Source: a virus. Taken from it: DNA of 43,675 bases. Both the position numbers and the translations under genes were made by a program. Shown here in pieces: positions 25,717-33,711 of the stretch; the stretch's first letter is position 1; each line of letters begins with the position of its first letter. Location: the IMG/VR virus record IMGVR_UViG_3300025117_000012, positions 1-43,675 of that record; one strand, written 5' to 3'. The notes under the pieces were generated by a model. The model saw nothing but the letters and a program-made list of their open reading frames with translations, had not been told where the DNA came from and searched no databases.

Positions 25717-26469
25717 TTAGGATTCTTTTTCCCCAAACTTCGTTTCGCCTTTGTAAATTAACTCATTTTCATCGTCAATTTTTTGATACTTGATTTCTTC
25801 TTTTTTGTTGCGAATGCCAAAGAAATGTCCTGCAAGAAGTCTTAATTCCCCATACACCTGCGCGTTCCCAGACACTCGCGCGTCCCCATACACCCATGCG
25901 TTCCCAGACACTCGCGCGTCCCCAGACACTCGCGCGTTCCCAGACACCTGCGCGTTCCCAGACACTCGCGCGTCCCCAGACACTCGCGCGTCCCCAGACA
26001 CTCGCGCGTCCCCATACACCCATGCGTTCCCATACACCTGCGCGTCCCCAGACACTCGCGCGTCCCCATACACCCATGCGTTCCCAGACACTCGCGCGTC
26101 CCCAGACACTCGCGCGTCCCCATACACCCATGCGTTCCCAGACACTCGCGCGTCCCCAGACACTCGCGCGTCCCCAGACACCTGCGCGTTCCCATACACC
26201 TGCGCGTTCCCATACACCCATGCGTCCTCATACACCTGGGCGTTCCCATACACCCATGCGTTCCCAGACACCTGCGCGTCCCCAGACACTCGCGCGTCCC
26301 CATACACCCATGCGTTCCCAGACACCTGTGAAAGATTCTCTTCTTTCTCTATGAATCCTCCCAACTCGCCCTTGACTACCGAGCCAAAAGAAACAAGAGC
26401 TTCAATTTGATACAATGTTTTTCCAAAAACTTCTTTTGTATTTTTTGTGAGGATGTATTTTTTGTTCAT
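25717..26469 (-). CDS. hexapeptide-repeat (beta-helix-type) protein
   Basis: 250 aa. A unique 50-aa N-terminus (…KGELGGFIEKEENLSQVS) is followed by 26 consecutive G-[DN]-A-[WRQ]-V-[YS] units, then a unique C-terminus. It is the only frame with non-repeat ends and a sensible start. Confidence 0.75.
   Translation of the reverse strand: MNKKYILTKNTKEVFGKTLYQIEALVSFGSVVKGELGGFIEKEENLSQVSGNAWVYGDARVSGDAQVSGNAWVYGNAQVYEDAWVYGNAQVYGNAQVSGDARVSGDARVSGNAWVYGDARVSGDARVSGNAWVYGDARVSGDAQVYGNAWVYGDARVSGDARVSGDARVSGNAQVSGNARVSGDARVSGNAWVYGDARVSGNAQVYGELRLLAGHFFGIRNKKEEIKYQKIDDENELIYKGETKFGEKES
25852..26319. repeat. 26 tandem 18-bp units with 54-bp higher-order periodicity
   Basis: Plus-strand units cgcgcgtccccagacact, cgcgcgtccccatacacc and catgcgttcccagacact repeat head-to-tail. 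All listed frames on both strands are open across the region. Confidence 0.95.
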
Positions 26470-26499
26470 TTGATTTTTGTTAGTTGTAATAAGTGGGGG

Positions 26500-26850
26500 T
26501 TAGTTTTTTAACGGGTCGCACCTTTTTAATTCTCCATTCCAGCTGCTTTTGACAGGAATACCCCCACTATTTCGGCATAATTGAAAGTCGGTTGGTTCTT
26601 GGTAGATGTTTGGTGTTTGTTCCTCAATCCAATCAAAAGGGTCGGAGAATAGCCAGTTTAAGAATCCAACGAAAGAATAGAGAGCAAATCCGATTCCGAC
26701 AATTATCCCAACTACCGACACCACGATTATTCCTGCCGTCTTGAAGTTTTCTTTCATAAATGAGCCAAAATATCTGCTACTAATTCCTTCCTCATCCGAG
26801 CCGAGAAGCCTAGAATGATGTTCTTCGCTTCCCTCTAGTGTATTGGACAC
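26500..26850 (-). CDS. membrane protein
   Basis: 116-aa ORF with a GTG start; an alternative ATG at 26757 gives MKENFK.... TM segment AGIIVVSVVGIIVGIGFALYSFVGFL. Confidence 0.5.
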   Translation of the reverse strand: MSNTLEGSEEHHSRLLGSDEEGISSRYFGSFMKENFKTAGIIVVSVVGIIVGIGFALYSFVGFLNWLFSDPFDWIEEQTPNIYQEPTDFQLCRNSGGIPVKSSWNGELKRCDPLKN

Positions 26851-26896
26851 TCAAATATCTTTTCCTTTTTTCCCCTTGTTTTTGTGCGGGGCATGG

Positions 26897-27562
26897 CTAG
26901 TATCTCATTCCGTTATTCGGTGGTGCATCTTCTTTCTTTATAAGTGGCTGGAAAGGTGTTCGTGCAGTTTCGGGATTCAAATGCCAGCGTATGACTTCCA
27001 TTAAAGAAGCGACAGTGTTTTCTGTATTTCGTCTACTCGTTTCCATATTGGCGTAATTGCGAAGTCGCGGAAAGCGTCCTGTTTCCACTGTTTCATTTCT
27101 GCACTTTAGGCTTCTTCGGCTCTTTGACCTTTTCGGGTTATGAGATTTTGATTGGCGCATAGCGTTCAGAGTTAATCGTATCCAGCATAATCTGTTCTGG
27201 TGTTTTATTTTCAACCGCCATTTTGAAAATAACAGGTGAAAGTCCCGGGCAGTCTTGGCGGTTGTGCGTGCCCGACTGAACATTACGCAAGGTGGTGCGG
27301 CAAGTATGCCATACACCTTACCCATAAGAACTAGGGGAGCTAAATCGTTCTTATACTCTCGCCACTTCGTAACGTCATAGTCTGGCAATGTGGCAACGAT
27401 AACCGTATACCCTGCTTTTCGGTACGGCTCACTCCACGACCCCGTACCACCACATAGGTCAAGAATGATTTTGTCTTTGTTGGCAAGAGTAGGCATACTA
27501 GCGACAATCCCTTTTTCCAAGTTGGGAACATATCCTTGTAAAAGCCCCGAAAATCCAACCAC
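26897..27562 (-). CDS. C5-cytosine-methyltransferase-like protein with an atypical C-terminal half
   Basis: Motif I-like ILDLCGGTGSWS and motif IV-like ILAAPPCVMFS are present in the N-terminal ~110 aa. No ENV, QxRxR or GN motifs follow. The C-terminal half is an R/K/S/N-rich sequence. Confidence 0.5.
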   Translation of the reverse strand: MVGFSGLLQGYVPNLEKGIVASMPTLANKDKIILDLCGGTGSWSEPYRKAGYTVIVATLPDYDVTKWREYKNDLAPLVLMGKVYGILAAPPCVMFSRARTTAKTARDFHLLFSKWRLKIKHQNRLCWIRLTLNAMRQSKSHNPKRSKSRRSLKCRNETVETGRFPRLRNYANMETSRRNTENTVASLMEVIRWHLNPETARTPFQPLIKKEDAPPNNGMRY

Positions 27563-27615
27563 GGCTCGCAGATAGTTATTCCACGACCCCCGTAGCGGTG
27601 ATACCTCCCATAGTG

Positions 27616-28218
27616 CTAGAACTTATCTGCTAATGTAGCTTCTGTCTGTTCGAGGTAGTCGTCTTGTACCGGCGGCGCGTTTTTCGCTTTCTGCTTCGCC
27701 TTTCGTATTTCAACATACTGTTCGGGGGACATCTTCGCCATAAGCCCCGCAAGCTCGCCTCTTTCGTCATCAGTAATATCGCTTTTATTAGGAGAAGCGA
27801 CAAGTCGGTACTTCGCTTTCGGGTCTGCATTATCGGGGTCATAGGTAATCTTCACATCATATGGCATCGGAAACTCCGAGAAAGCGAAGTCATCATCTTC
27901 CTGCAAATCATTTATGGCGTAAGAAATTGATAACGGCAGTTCCGCTAATTTTATCTTCCCCATTTTTCGCTCAATAATGTAGGTGGCGAGTTTGATGCCC
28001 GGGCGCTTGTCGCCCTCTTTATGGTACTTACAGTCCTCGTTAATTCCAATACACACTATGGCAGGGACGCCTTCGCCGAAAAAATGCGTGGCGATGACTT
28101 TCGGTTGTACCAATATCCTAATTTTATTTACTCCTCTTTCAAAGGAGTAAAAGTCGGAACTCACGCCCCCGCCGTACTTCTTTGCCTCCTCGTTGATTTC
28201 GTCTCTAAAATTGGCCAT
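27616..28218 (-). CDS. putative single-stranded DNA-binding protein
   Basis: 200 aa lying in a recombination module. The acidic C-terminal tail ends in an aromatic residue (…VQDDYLEQTEATLADKF), as in SSB and T7 gp2.5-type proteins. No OB-fold motif verified. Confidence 0.45.
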   Translation of the reverse strand: MANFRDEINEEAKKYGGGVSSDFYSFERGVNKIRILVQPKVIATHFFGEGVPAIVCIGINEDCKYHKEGDKRPGIKLATYIIERKMGKIKLAELPLSISYAINDLQEDDDFAFSEFPMPYDVKITYDPDNADPKAKYRLVASPNKSDITDDERGELAGLMAKMSPEQYVEIRKAKQKAKNAPPVQDDYLEQTEATLADKF

Positions 28219-28242
28219 AATTTTAGTGCTAAACTAATAATT

Positions 28243-28956
28243 TTACCACTTACACCCTAACTCTCGCGCCTTTGCTAATGCCGCTTCGCCTGATAACGCG
28301 GCGAAATCGGGGTACGCCATATACTTCGGAGTGGCTTGCCATTTCTCAATAGCAACAAAAGCGGGTATCTCTCTCTTCGCCATTTGCACGTCATAACGGC
28401 TGATAATCTCGTCAATTTCACCGCGAAAATCTTCGGTATCGTGTATGCTCACACGGATACGATAATCGTCAGAAGCGATATAAATAAGCGCGAATTGTTT
28501 TGTCTGCAACGCTAACGCATACAACGCCCCCTGCAATAAATGGCTTCTATCGGGGCTCCCCGCTTGCTCTATGCGCTTGTATTTGGCGTTGGCGACACTC
28601 TTGACCTCTGCGGGGATAACACCGACATCAAAGTCCCACTCCTTCGTGTCCACAATAGCATCCGCATAGCCCACGACATTGCGATACTCCACAAACTTTT
28701 GCTTTTCTATGAGAGAGCCGTTGAAGTGCGTCAACACCCACTCCTCACAGTGAATGCCGCGAATAAACTTTCGCAAAATATAATCGTCCACCTGCTTCTG
28801 CGGTACGCCGATGCTTTTGAGGATTTGGTCTTGAAGCGGCTTGCCGAGCATTGAGGCGGAGAGTTTGCCGCTAGAGATATGCTCTCTGTCGCGTTTCTCG
28901 TTCGCCTCGCGGAGCGTCTGCGAAATAGCGCGGTCTAGGGTTTGAGATATTTTCAT
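28243..28956 (-). CDS. PD-(D/E)XK (RecB/Cas4-like) exonuclease
   Basis: 237 aa. GYADAIVD ... VIPAEVKSV gives the D...E-x-K motif, followed by LLQGALYAL (QxxxY). Confidence 0.7.
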   Translation of the reverse strand: MKISQTLDRAISQTLREANEKRDREHISSGKLSASMLGKPLQDQILKSIGVPQKQVDDYILRKFIRGIHCEEWVLTHFNGSLIEKQKFVEYRNVVGYADAIVDTKEWDFDVGVIPAEVKSVANAKYKRIEQAGSPDRSHLLQGALYALALQTKQFALIYIASDDYRIRVSIHDTEDFRGEIDEIISRYDVQMAKREIPAFVAIEKWQATPKYMAYPDFAALSGEAALAKARELGCKW

Positions 28957-29135
28957 ATCTGTATTACATCTTCCCCGCTTTCCTCGCGGGCTTTCTTAAA
29001 CTGTCTTGTTAAAAACGCCGCCGCCGCCTCAATGTCGCGGTCTGCGGTTTCGGGGTCGTCTGAAAGCGGCTCGTCCGCTCTCGTAAGAACATTATCGGTG
29101 TTTGTCTCATAAATTGACATTCTTACACGAAGCAT
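28953..29135 (-). CDS. small acidic hypothetical protein
   Basis: 60-aa ORF with 4-nt overlaps to its neighbours. Confidence 0.45.
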   Translation of the reverse strand: MLRVRMSIYETNTDNVLTRADEPLSDDPETADRDIEAAAAFLTRQFKKAREESGEDVIQI

Positions 29136-29317
29136 AGGTTTTGGAGATTATCAGGTAAATAAATTTTTTTCATCTCTATCTGCTCCGGCGAGAAATCATC
29201 AAAGTCCCAAATGAACGCGCCTCTGTCATCACTGAAAATATCTGATACTTCACGCTCGCGTTCTTCCAACCACTCCCGAAGCGAGTCATATAAAATTGTG
29301 TTGGCAGGGTGGGACAT
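29123..29317 (-). CDS. small acidic hypothetical protein
   Basis: 64-aa D/E-rich ORF. Confidence 0.45.
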   Translation of the reverse strand: MSHPANTILYDSLREWLEEREREVSDIFSDDRGAFIWDFDDFSPEQIEMKKIYLPDNLQNLCFV

Positions 29318-29337
29318 ACGGCTATCCTACTCTTTCT

Positions 29338-29694
29338 CTATCTCTCTGTCAATAACTTTGTGTGGATAACTCTCTTGCCATAGTGTAGATTTCTGTGGTG
29401 TGAATAACAGAGAAATACTACTTCAACCGGCTTTGCATAGTCAGGATGATGAGCTACGGTATTCTTTTCTCCGCATATCGCGCACGGGAGCCGTTTGACT
29501 CTCCCCTTCCTTATGAGTTCCTGTATTACTTTCTCCGCATTTACGGCTATCTTGTGGACTTTTTTCCACTTTTCTTCATTGTAATAACCGTTCTTTTTGC
29601 GCCAAAGACGGTTATATTCTCGATTGTAAGTTCGCAGTTTTCTGCGATTCTTCTCGCGGTATTCCCGCATATATTCGTTGCGATTTGTAAACAT
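29338..29694 (-). CDS. HNH endonuclease
   Basis: 118 aa. Basic Y/N/R/K-repeat N-terminus, then CAICGEKNTVAHHPDYAKPVEVVFLCYSHHRNLH. Confidence 0.8.
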   Translation of the reverse strand: MFTNRNEYMREYREKNRRKLRTYNREYNRLWRKKNGYYNEEKWKKVHKIAVNAEKVIQELIRKGRVKRLPCAICGEKNTVAHHPDYAKPVEVVFLCYSHHRNLHYGKRVIHTKLLTER

Positions 29695-29783
29695 AGTTAC
29701 GAACTACTATATAGATTATTGTTATTGAGCGCAAGCATGAGGTGTGCATAACTTTTCTCAATAACTATGGTATGCTCATCATT

Positions 29784-30728
29784 ATGACCTCTCTCTCCGA
29801 ATTGAACAAAAAACTTAAAAACCCCGTCATTTTGTCTCCCGATGACTTCTACGAAAAAGCCGAGCCGCTCTCTACGGGGCTTCCCGCACTTGACGCGGCT
29901 GTCGGCATTGGCGGGTTTCCGCGCGGGCGCATTGTGGAGATTTACGGCGCGCCGAGCAGTTGCAAATCAGCGCTGGCTTTTTGCGTCATTGCCACCGCGC
30001 AGAAAAAAGGGATGCGCTGTTATTTCGCGGATGCCGAGATGACTTTTCTTTCCGACTACGCGGAATCGCTTGGAGTGGATGTCAAAAAACTTCCGATAAT
30101 TCGTGGACAGTTTGCCGAGACATATTTTGAGGCGATAGAGATGCTCGCAAAAGAGAAGGCGGCGGATGTGGTGATCTTGGACTCGCTTGATGCGTGTGTT
30201 CCGCGTTCGGAGATGGAGGCAGTGCTGGTGGAGAAGAGTTATCCCGTGAAGGCGATACTTGTCTCGCGCTTTCTGCGCCGCCTCATTCAGCCGCTCAAAG
30301 AGAGTAAGATGCTTTTGATTATTCTAAATCAAACGCGAATAAATGTTCTTAACGGCACAGAATACACTACAGGCGGGAAAGGACTTGGTTTCTATACTTC
30401 CGTCCGCCTACGGCTTAAACAGGTCTTCCATAACCCGCTTATTACGCAGGGAGGGCTGACAATCGGCAAGAAGATTGAAGTCGAGATAATGAAAAACAAA
30501 GTCGGCAGACCAAATGGAAAGTTCATCGCTTCGTTCTTTATCGGCAAGGGTTTTTCGGCTGAAATGGAATTGGTGGAACGTGCAATTTCTCTGGGGAAAA
30601 TTGAGAAGCGGGGGCAGGTTCTGTGGTTTGGAGAGGTGAAACTGGGGCGTGGCGCGAACTCCGCGCGGGAGTTCCTGGAGGAGAACGAGGAGGTAAAGTT
30701 GGCGTTGGAGTTATCAACGGTTGCGTGA
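29784..30728 (+). CDS. RecA-family recombinase/ATPase
   Basis: ATG at 29784 (MTSLSELNK). LPALDAAVGIGGFPRGRIVEIYGAPSSCKSALA parallels the RecA sequence GRIVEIYGPESSGKTTL. Walker B is ADVVILDSLDA. Confidence 0.8.
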   Translation: MTSLSELNKKLKNPVILSPDDFYEKAEPLSTGLPALDAAVGIGGFPRGRIVEIYGAPSSCKSALAFCVIATAQKKGMRCYFADAEMTFLSDYAESLGVDVKKLPIIRGQFAETYFEAIEMLAKEKAADVVILDSLDACVPRSEMEAVLVEKSYPVKAILVSRFLRRLIQPLKESKMLLIILNQTRINVLNGTEYTTGGKGLGFYTSVRLRLKQVFHNPLITQGGLTIGKKIEVEIMKNKVGRPNGKFIASFFIGKGFSAEMELVERAISLGKIEKRGQVLWFGEVKLGRGANSAREFLEENEEVKLALELSTVA

Positions 30729-30867
30729 GGGAGCGGGGGTGGTAGAATATCTTGTATGAAACAAACGATAAGGAACAACAATATAATTTTGTTCGCAACG
30801 AGCAGTAGTGCGTCATTGGCTCTTATCGGCCAGTTTCAGCGTACTACTGCTCTTTGCGTGTAAAAAT

Positions 30868-31740
30868 ATGTCGTTTATACCAAACACAACGCCAACTCCT
30901 AATTGGCTATATAACGGAGAAATGAAGAAAATGTCTGATGTGGAATTGCGTGTCGTTTTACTCGTTACGAGATATACTCTTGGTTGGATTGCTGATGAAA
31001 CAACAGGTATGAGAAGACAAGAGGACTGGATAAGCCATATAATGTTGATGAGAAAAACCGGTAAAAGTAGTAGGGCAATTTCCTACGCAATAGCAGGTTG
31101 CGTTAAACACGGCTGGATAGAGACGAGAGATAAAGAGGGGAAATTATTACAAACACCAGAAGAAAGGCGGAGAAGACGGGTCTTTTATCGTCTCGGAAAC
31201 ATTTTTACAGATAAGTTAAAATCTACCGCAAATAGTGCGGTAGATAGCAATCTACCGCAAATGACGACAAGATCTACCGCAAATGACGACACCAATCTAC
31301 CGCAACCGTTGCGGAATATAAAAGAAACTCTTATAAAAGAAACTCTTAGAAAAAGAGATGCTTCGCTTTCAAAAGAACTTTTAAGAGCCGAGAAAGACCC
31401 CGAAGTTATGAGCTTTGCGGAATACCGCAAGTTGGCTTCCCCCCCGCAACAAAAGGCGGCGACCCCCCCCATTGTCCGAGAGTTTATCGCTCATCTCAAA
31501 AAGAAGCGCGACATCGCCACTTTGGACGGAATGGGAAATGAGAAACACGGGGCGGAGTTTTTGGGGAAGTTCCGCGAGCAACTGGTGAAGTGGAAACTGC
31601 CGACAGACGATACAACTGTTCTACGGCACTATGACGGCTTTTTGGATAAGGTTCTCTCCGACCAGTTTCATTCACAAAATCTTACTTCAATGCGGTATCT
31701 CAATAATAATTTTAACAAACTGATTATTCTTACTTCGTGA
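30868..31740 (+). CDS. replication initiator, lambda O-like N-terminal domain
   Basis: First ATG at 30868; the track start at 30808 is a GTG. ELRVVLLVTRYTLGWIADE...EDWISHIMLMRKTGKSSRAISYAIAGCVKHGWIE matches the winged-helix replisome-organiser pattern. Iterons lie inside the gene. Confidence 0.6.
   Translation: MSFIPNTTPTPNWLYNGEMKKMSDVELRVVLLVTRYTLGWIADETTGMRRQEDWISHIMLMRKTGKSSRAISYAIAGCVKHGWIETRDKEGKLLQTPEERRRRRVFYRLGNIFTDKLKSTANSAVDSNLPQMTTRSTANDDTNLPQPLRNIKETLIKETLRKRDASLSKELLRAEKDPEVMSFAEYRKLASPPQQKAATPPIVREFIAHLKKKRDIATLDGMGNEKHGAEFLGKFREQLVKWKLPTDDTTVLRHYDGFLDKVLSDQFHSQNLTSMRYLNNNFNKLIILTS
31221..31360. promoter_or_regulatory. candidate origin of replication: iterons plus AT-rich tandem repeat
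   Basis: ATCTACCGCAA occurs at 31221, 31250, 31272 and 31295, with an inverted copy gtgcggtagat at 31235-45. The palindrome ccgcaa-ccg-ttgcgg follows. An exact 15-bp tandem tataaaagaaactct is at 31317-31 and 31332-46. Confidence 0.6.
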
Positions 31741-33305
31741 TGTTAGAAACCGCAAAAAAATACATTTCCAAAGGCGTGTCCGTCATTCCTGTGAAAGCCG
31801 ATAAAAGACCCGCTCTTGAATCGTGGAAAGAATACCAATCGCGTCTCGCTACCGAAGAGGAGTTGGTGAAGTGGTTTTCGGCAACGCAAAATGGTATCGG
31901 AATTGTAACGGGCAAGCTCTCAAATTTGTCCGTGGTGGATGTGGATGTAAAGAACGGCGGGACTCCGAAAGGATTACCTCCGACACTTACGGCAAAGACG
32001 CAGTCGGGCGGCTGGCATTTTTATTACCGTTATTTAGAGGGGTTGCCGAATAAAGCGGGAATACGGCAAGGCATAGATATTCGTTCAGACGGCGGGTATG
32101 TGGTTGCGCCTCCGAGCAAAGGCGAGAAAGGAAATTACGAATGGACGCTTATTGAAGAACCCCAGCCGTTTCCCGCAGATGTCTTGCAAGTGGAAATTGG
32201 TAAATCTTCTGTGGATTGGAAAACAGTCGCGGAAGGAGTGGAAAAAGGAAACCGCAATGAAACGGCGGCAAAGTTTATCGGGAAACTTCTTGCCTCTTTC
32301 AAGCGCGAGGAGTGGGAGAGCGCGGTGTGGCTTACCGTCTTGAATTGGAATAGGGCGAATACGCCTCCGTTACCCGAACGGGAACTCCGTGCTGTTTTTA
32401 ATTCCATAGCGAGCAGAGAAACAAAAAAACAGGCGAGCGAGAAAGAGGATGACGCGCCCGTGGTGCTGATGTCGGAAGCGGCAAAGAAGTTCACTACCGA
32501 CCTTTCTGTCGCGTACCCGACAGGATTTATCGTTTTGGATACCGCGCTCGGAGGCGGCTTTCGGGACGGCAACCTCGTTCTTGTTGTCGGCGAGACGGGA
32601 CACGGCAAATCGTTGTTGGCTCGGACGCTTACCTATAATCTGCTTAAAAAAAGAATAACAAGCGTGTGGTTCACTTTTGAGCTTACCATTCAGGAGATGT
32701 GGGAGAAGTTTCTTGAAATGGGAAAGGAGAATGAAAAAATGGTGGATGCTTCGCCCGTCTATACTCCCGAACGCAATGTGTCCCGAAAACTCCAATGGTT
32801 GAAAAAGAAAATCGTGGAAGCGCGGGAACAGTACAAGTGCAAAATCGTGTTTATAGACCATCTCGGTTTTTTACTCGGAGAATATGATGGCAACCCCGAT
32901 ACTCGCGGATTATCCAATTCTCTCGCAACGGTTATCGGTTTAATCTGCCGCGACCTCAAAACAATCGCCATTCAGGAGAGTGTGGTCATCGTTCTTTTGT
33001 GGCATCTGAAAAAATTGTCGGAGAATAAAAGAGAGCCCGATAACTCGGACATTAAGGATTCAAGTGGTGTGGCGCAAGAGAGCGATGTGGTGATTAGTAT
33101 TTCGCGTGAAAAACTTTCAACGAAAGGATATGTGGAAGATGTGGACGATGTGTTCGGCAAAGATGCTTTCGTGAAGATGATAAAAAATCGGAGGACAGGA
33201 GTTCTCAAACGATTTAAGGTGGCGTTTGTGGACGGCTGTTTGGTTGAACCTGAAAGCGTAAAGCAAGCAAGTCAAGCCGATAAGGATTTTGAGGAAACTT
33301 GGTAA
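31737..33305 (+). CDS. primase-polymerase / DnaB-RepA-like helicase fusion
   Basis: 522 aa. N-terminal half: GVSVIPVKADKRPALESWKEYQ...GIGIVTG...VVDVDVKNGG...GGWHFYY...GIDIRSDGGYVVAPPS. C-terminal half: Walker A VVGETGHGKSLLA and Walker B KIVFIDHLG. Confidence 0.8.
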   Translation: MMLETAKKYISKGVSVIPVKADKRPALESWKEYQSRLATEEELVKWFSATQNGIGIVTGKLSNLSVVDVDVKNGGTPKGLPPTLTAKTQSGGWHFYYRYLEGLPNKAGIRQGIDIRSDGGYVVAPPSKGEKGNYEWTLIEEPQPFPADVLQVEIGKSSVDWKTVAEGVEKGNRNETAAKFIGKLLASFKREEWESAVWLTVLNWNRANTPPLPERELRAVFNSIASRETKKQASEKEDDAPVVLMSEAAKKFTTDLSVAYPTGFIVLDTALGGGFRDGNLVLVVGETGHGKSLLARTLTYNLLKKRITSVWFTFELTIQEMWEKFLEMGKENEKMVDASPVYTPERNVSRKLQWLKKKIVEAREQYKCKIVFIDHLGFLLGEYDGNPDTRGLSNSLATVIGLICRDLKTIAIQESVVIVLLWHLKKLSENKREPDNSDIKDSSGVAQESDVVISISREKLSTKGYVEDVDDVFGKDAFVKMIKNRRTGVLKRFKVAFVDGCLVEPESVKQASQADKDFEETW

Positions 33306-33306
33306 G

Positions 33307-33423
33307 ATGGATTTTGAACGAATAAAATGCTCTGCGTGCGATAACGAGTGGGAAGTTGTGGAACGGCAACCCGACCCCGCGTTTTTGCGTTTTGAGAAAG
33401 GGGAAAAGATTTTTGATATTTGA
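33307..33423 (+). CDS. small ORF (38 aa) ending at an in-frame TGA, with an open continuation to 33531
   Basis: MDFERIKCSACDNEWEVVERQPDPAFLRFEKGEKIFDI-TGA-YGTGTVRFIPKKGVWENKFYRDNTIVDIEELLEKL-TGA. The continuation is in the same frame and has no ATG of its own. Confidence 0.4.
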   Translation: MDFERIKCSACDNEWEVVERQPDPAFLRFEKGEKIFDI

Positions 33424-33527
33424 TATGGAACGGGAACGGTACGGTTTATTCCGAAGAAAGGCGTGTGGGAAAATAAGTTTTATCGGGATAATACGATTGT
33501 GGACATTGAGGAATTACTTGAAAAACT

Positions 33528-33701
33528 ATGACCGAAAAACAAACTCTTAAAACTCTGCTCCGCTACTGCAAAGCCCGCATCCGCGAACTCCCGAAAGGTC
33601 GGCGTGGATATTACTGGCGGTTGAAAGCGAATTTTGAGCGGTTGTTGTACGGCTCGGTGATGCGCGTAGATACCCGTCAGAAGCCCAAAATTGACTTATA
33701 G
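33528..33701 (+). CDS. small basic protein (57 aa)
   Basis: Below the track cutoff. ATGA overlap with the preceding reading frame. Sequence MTEKQTLKTLLRYCKARIRELPKGRRGYYWRLKANFERLLYGSVMRVDTRQKPKIDL. Confidence 0.45.
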   Translation: MTEKQTLKTLLRYCKARIRELPKGRRGYYWRLKANFERLLYGSVMRVDTRQKPKIDL

Positions 33702-33711
33702 CGCATTTTTT

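Noticed and set aside
25852-26319. CRISPR-like appearance of the regularly spaced repeats
   Set aside because: The units are contiguous 18-mers with no spacers and are in frame with a protein. There is no leader and there are no cas genes.
25775-26410. Four further long ORFs through the 18-bp repeat array: 25775..26221(-), 25842..26303(-), 25790..26410(+) and 25896..26354(+)
   Set aside because: They are open only because the repeat unit has no stop codon in those frames. They give monotonous WGRASV, CLGTRE or PDTRAS sequences and have no unique termini or sensible starts. Only the 25717..26469 frame has non-repeat N- and C-terminal parts.
29728-29783. Leaderless-mRNA promoter for the RecA-like gene, with TGgTATGCT ending 7 nt before the ATG
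   Set aside because: It rests on a single weak -10-like hexamer with no supporting -35 or conservation, which is too speculative to report as a feature.
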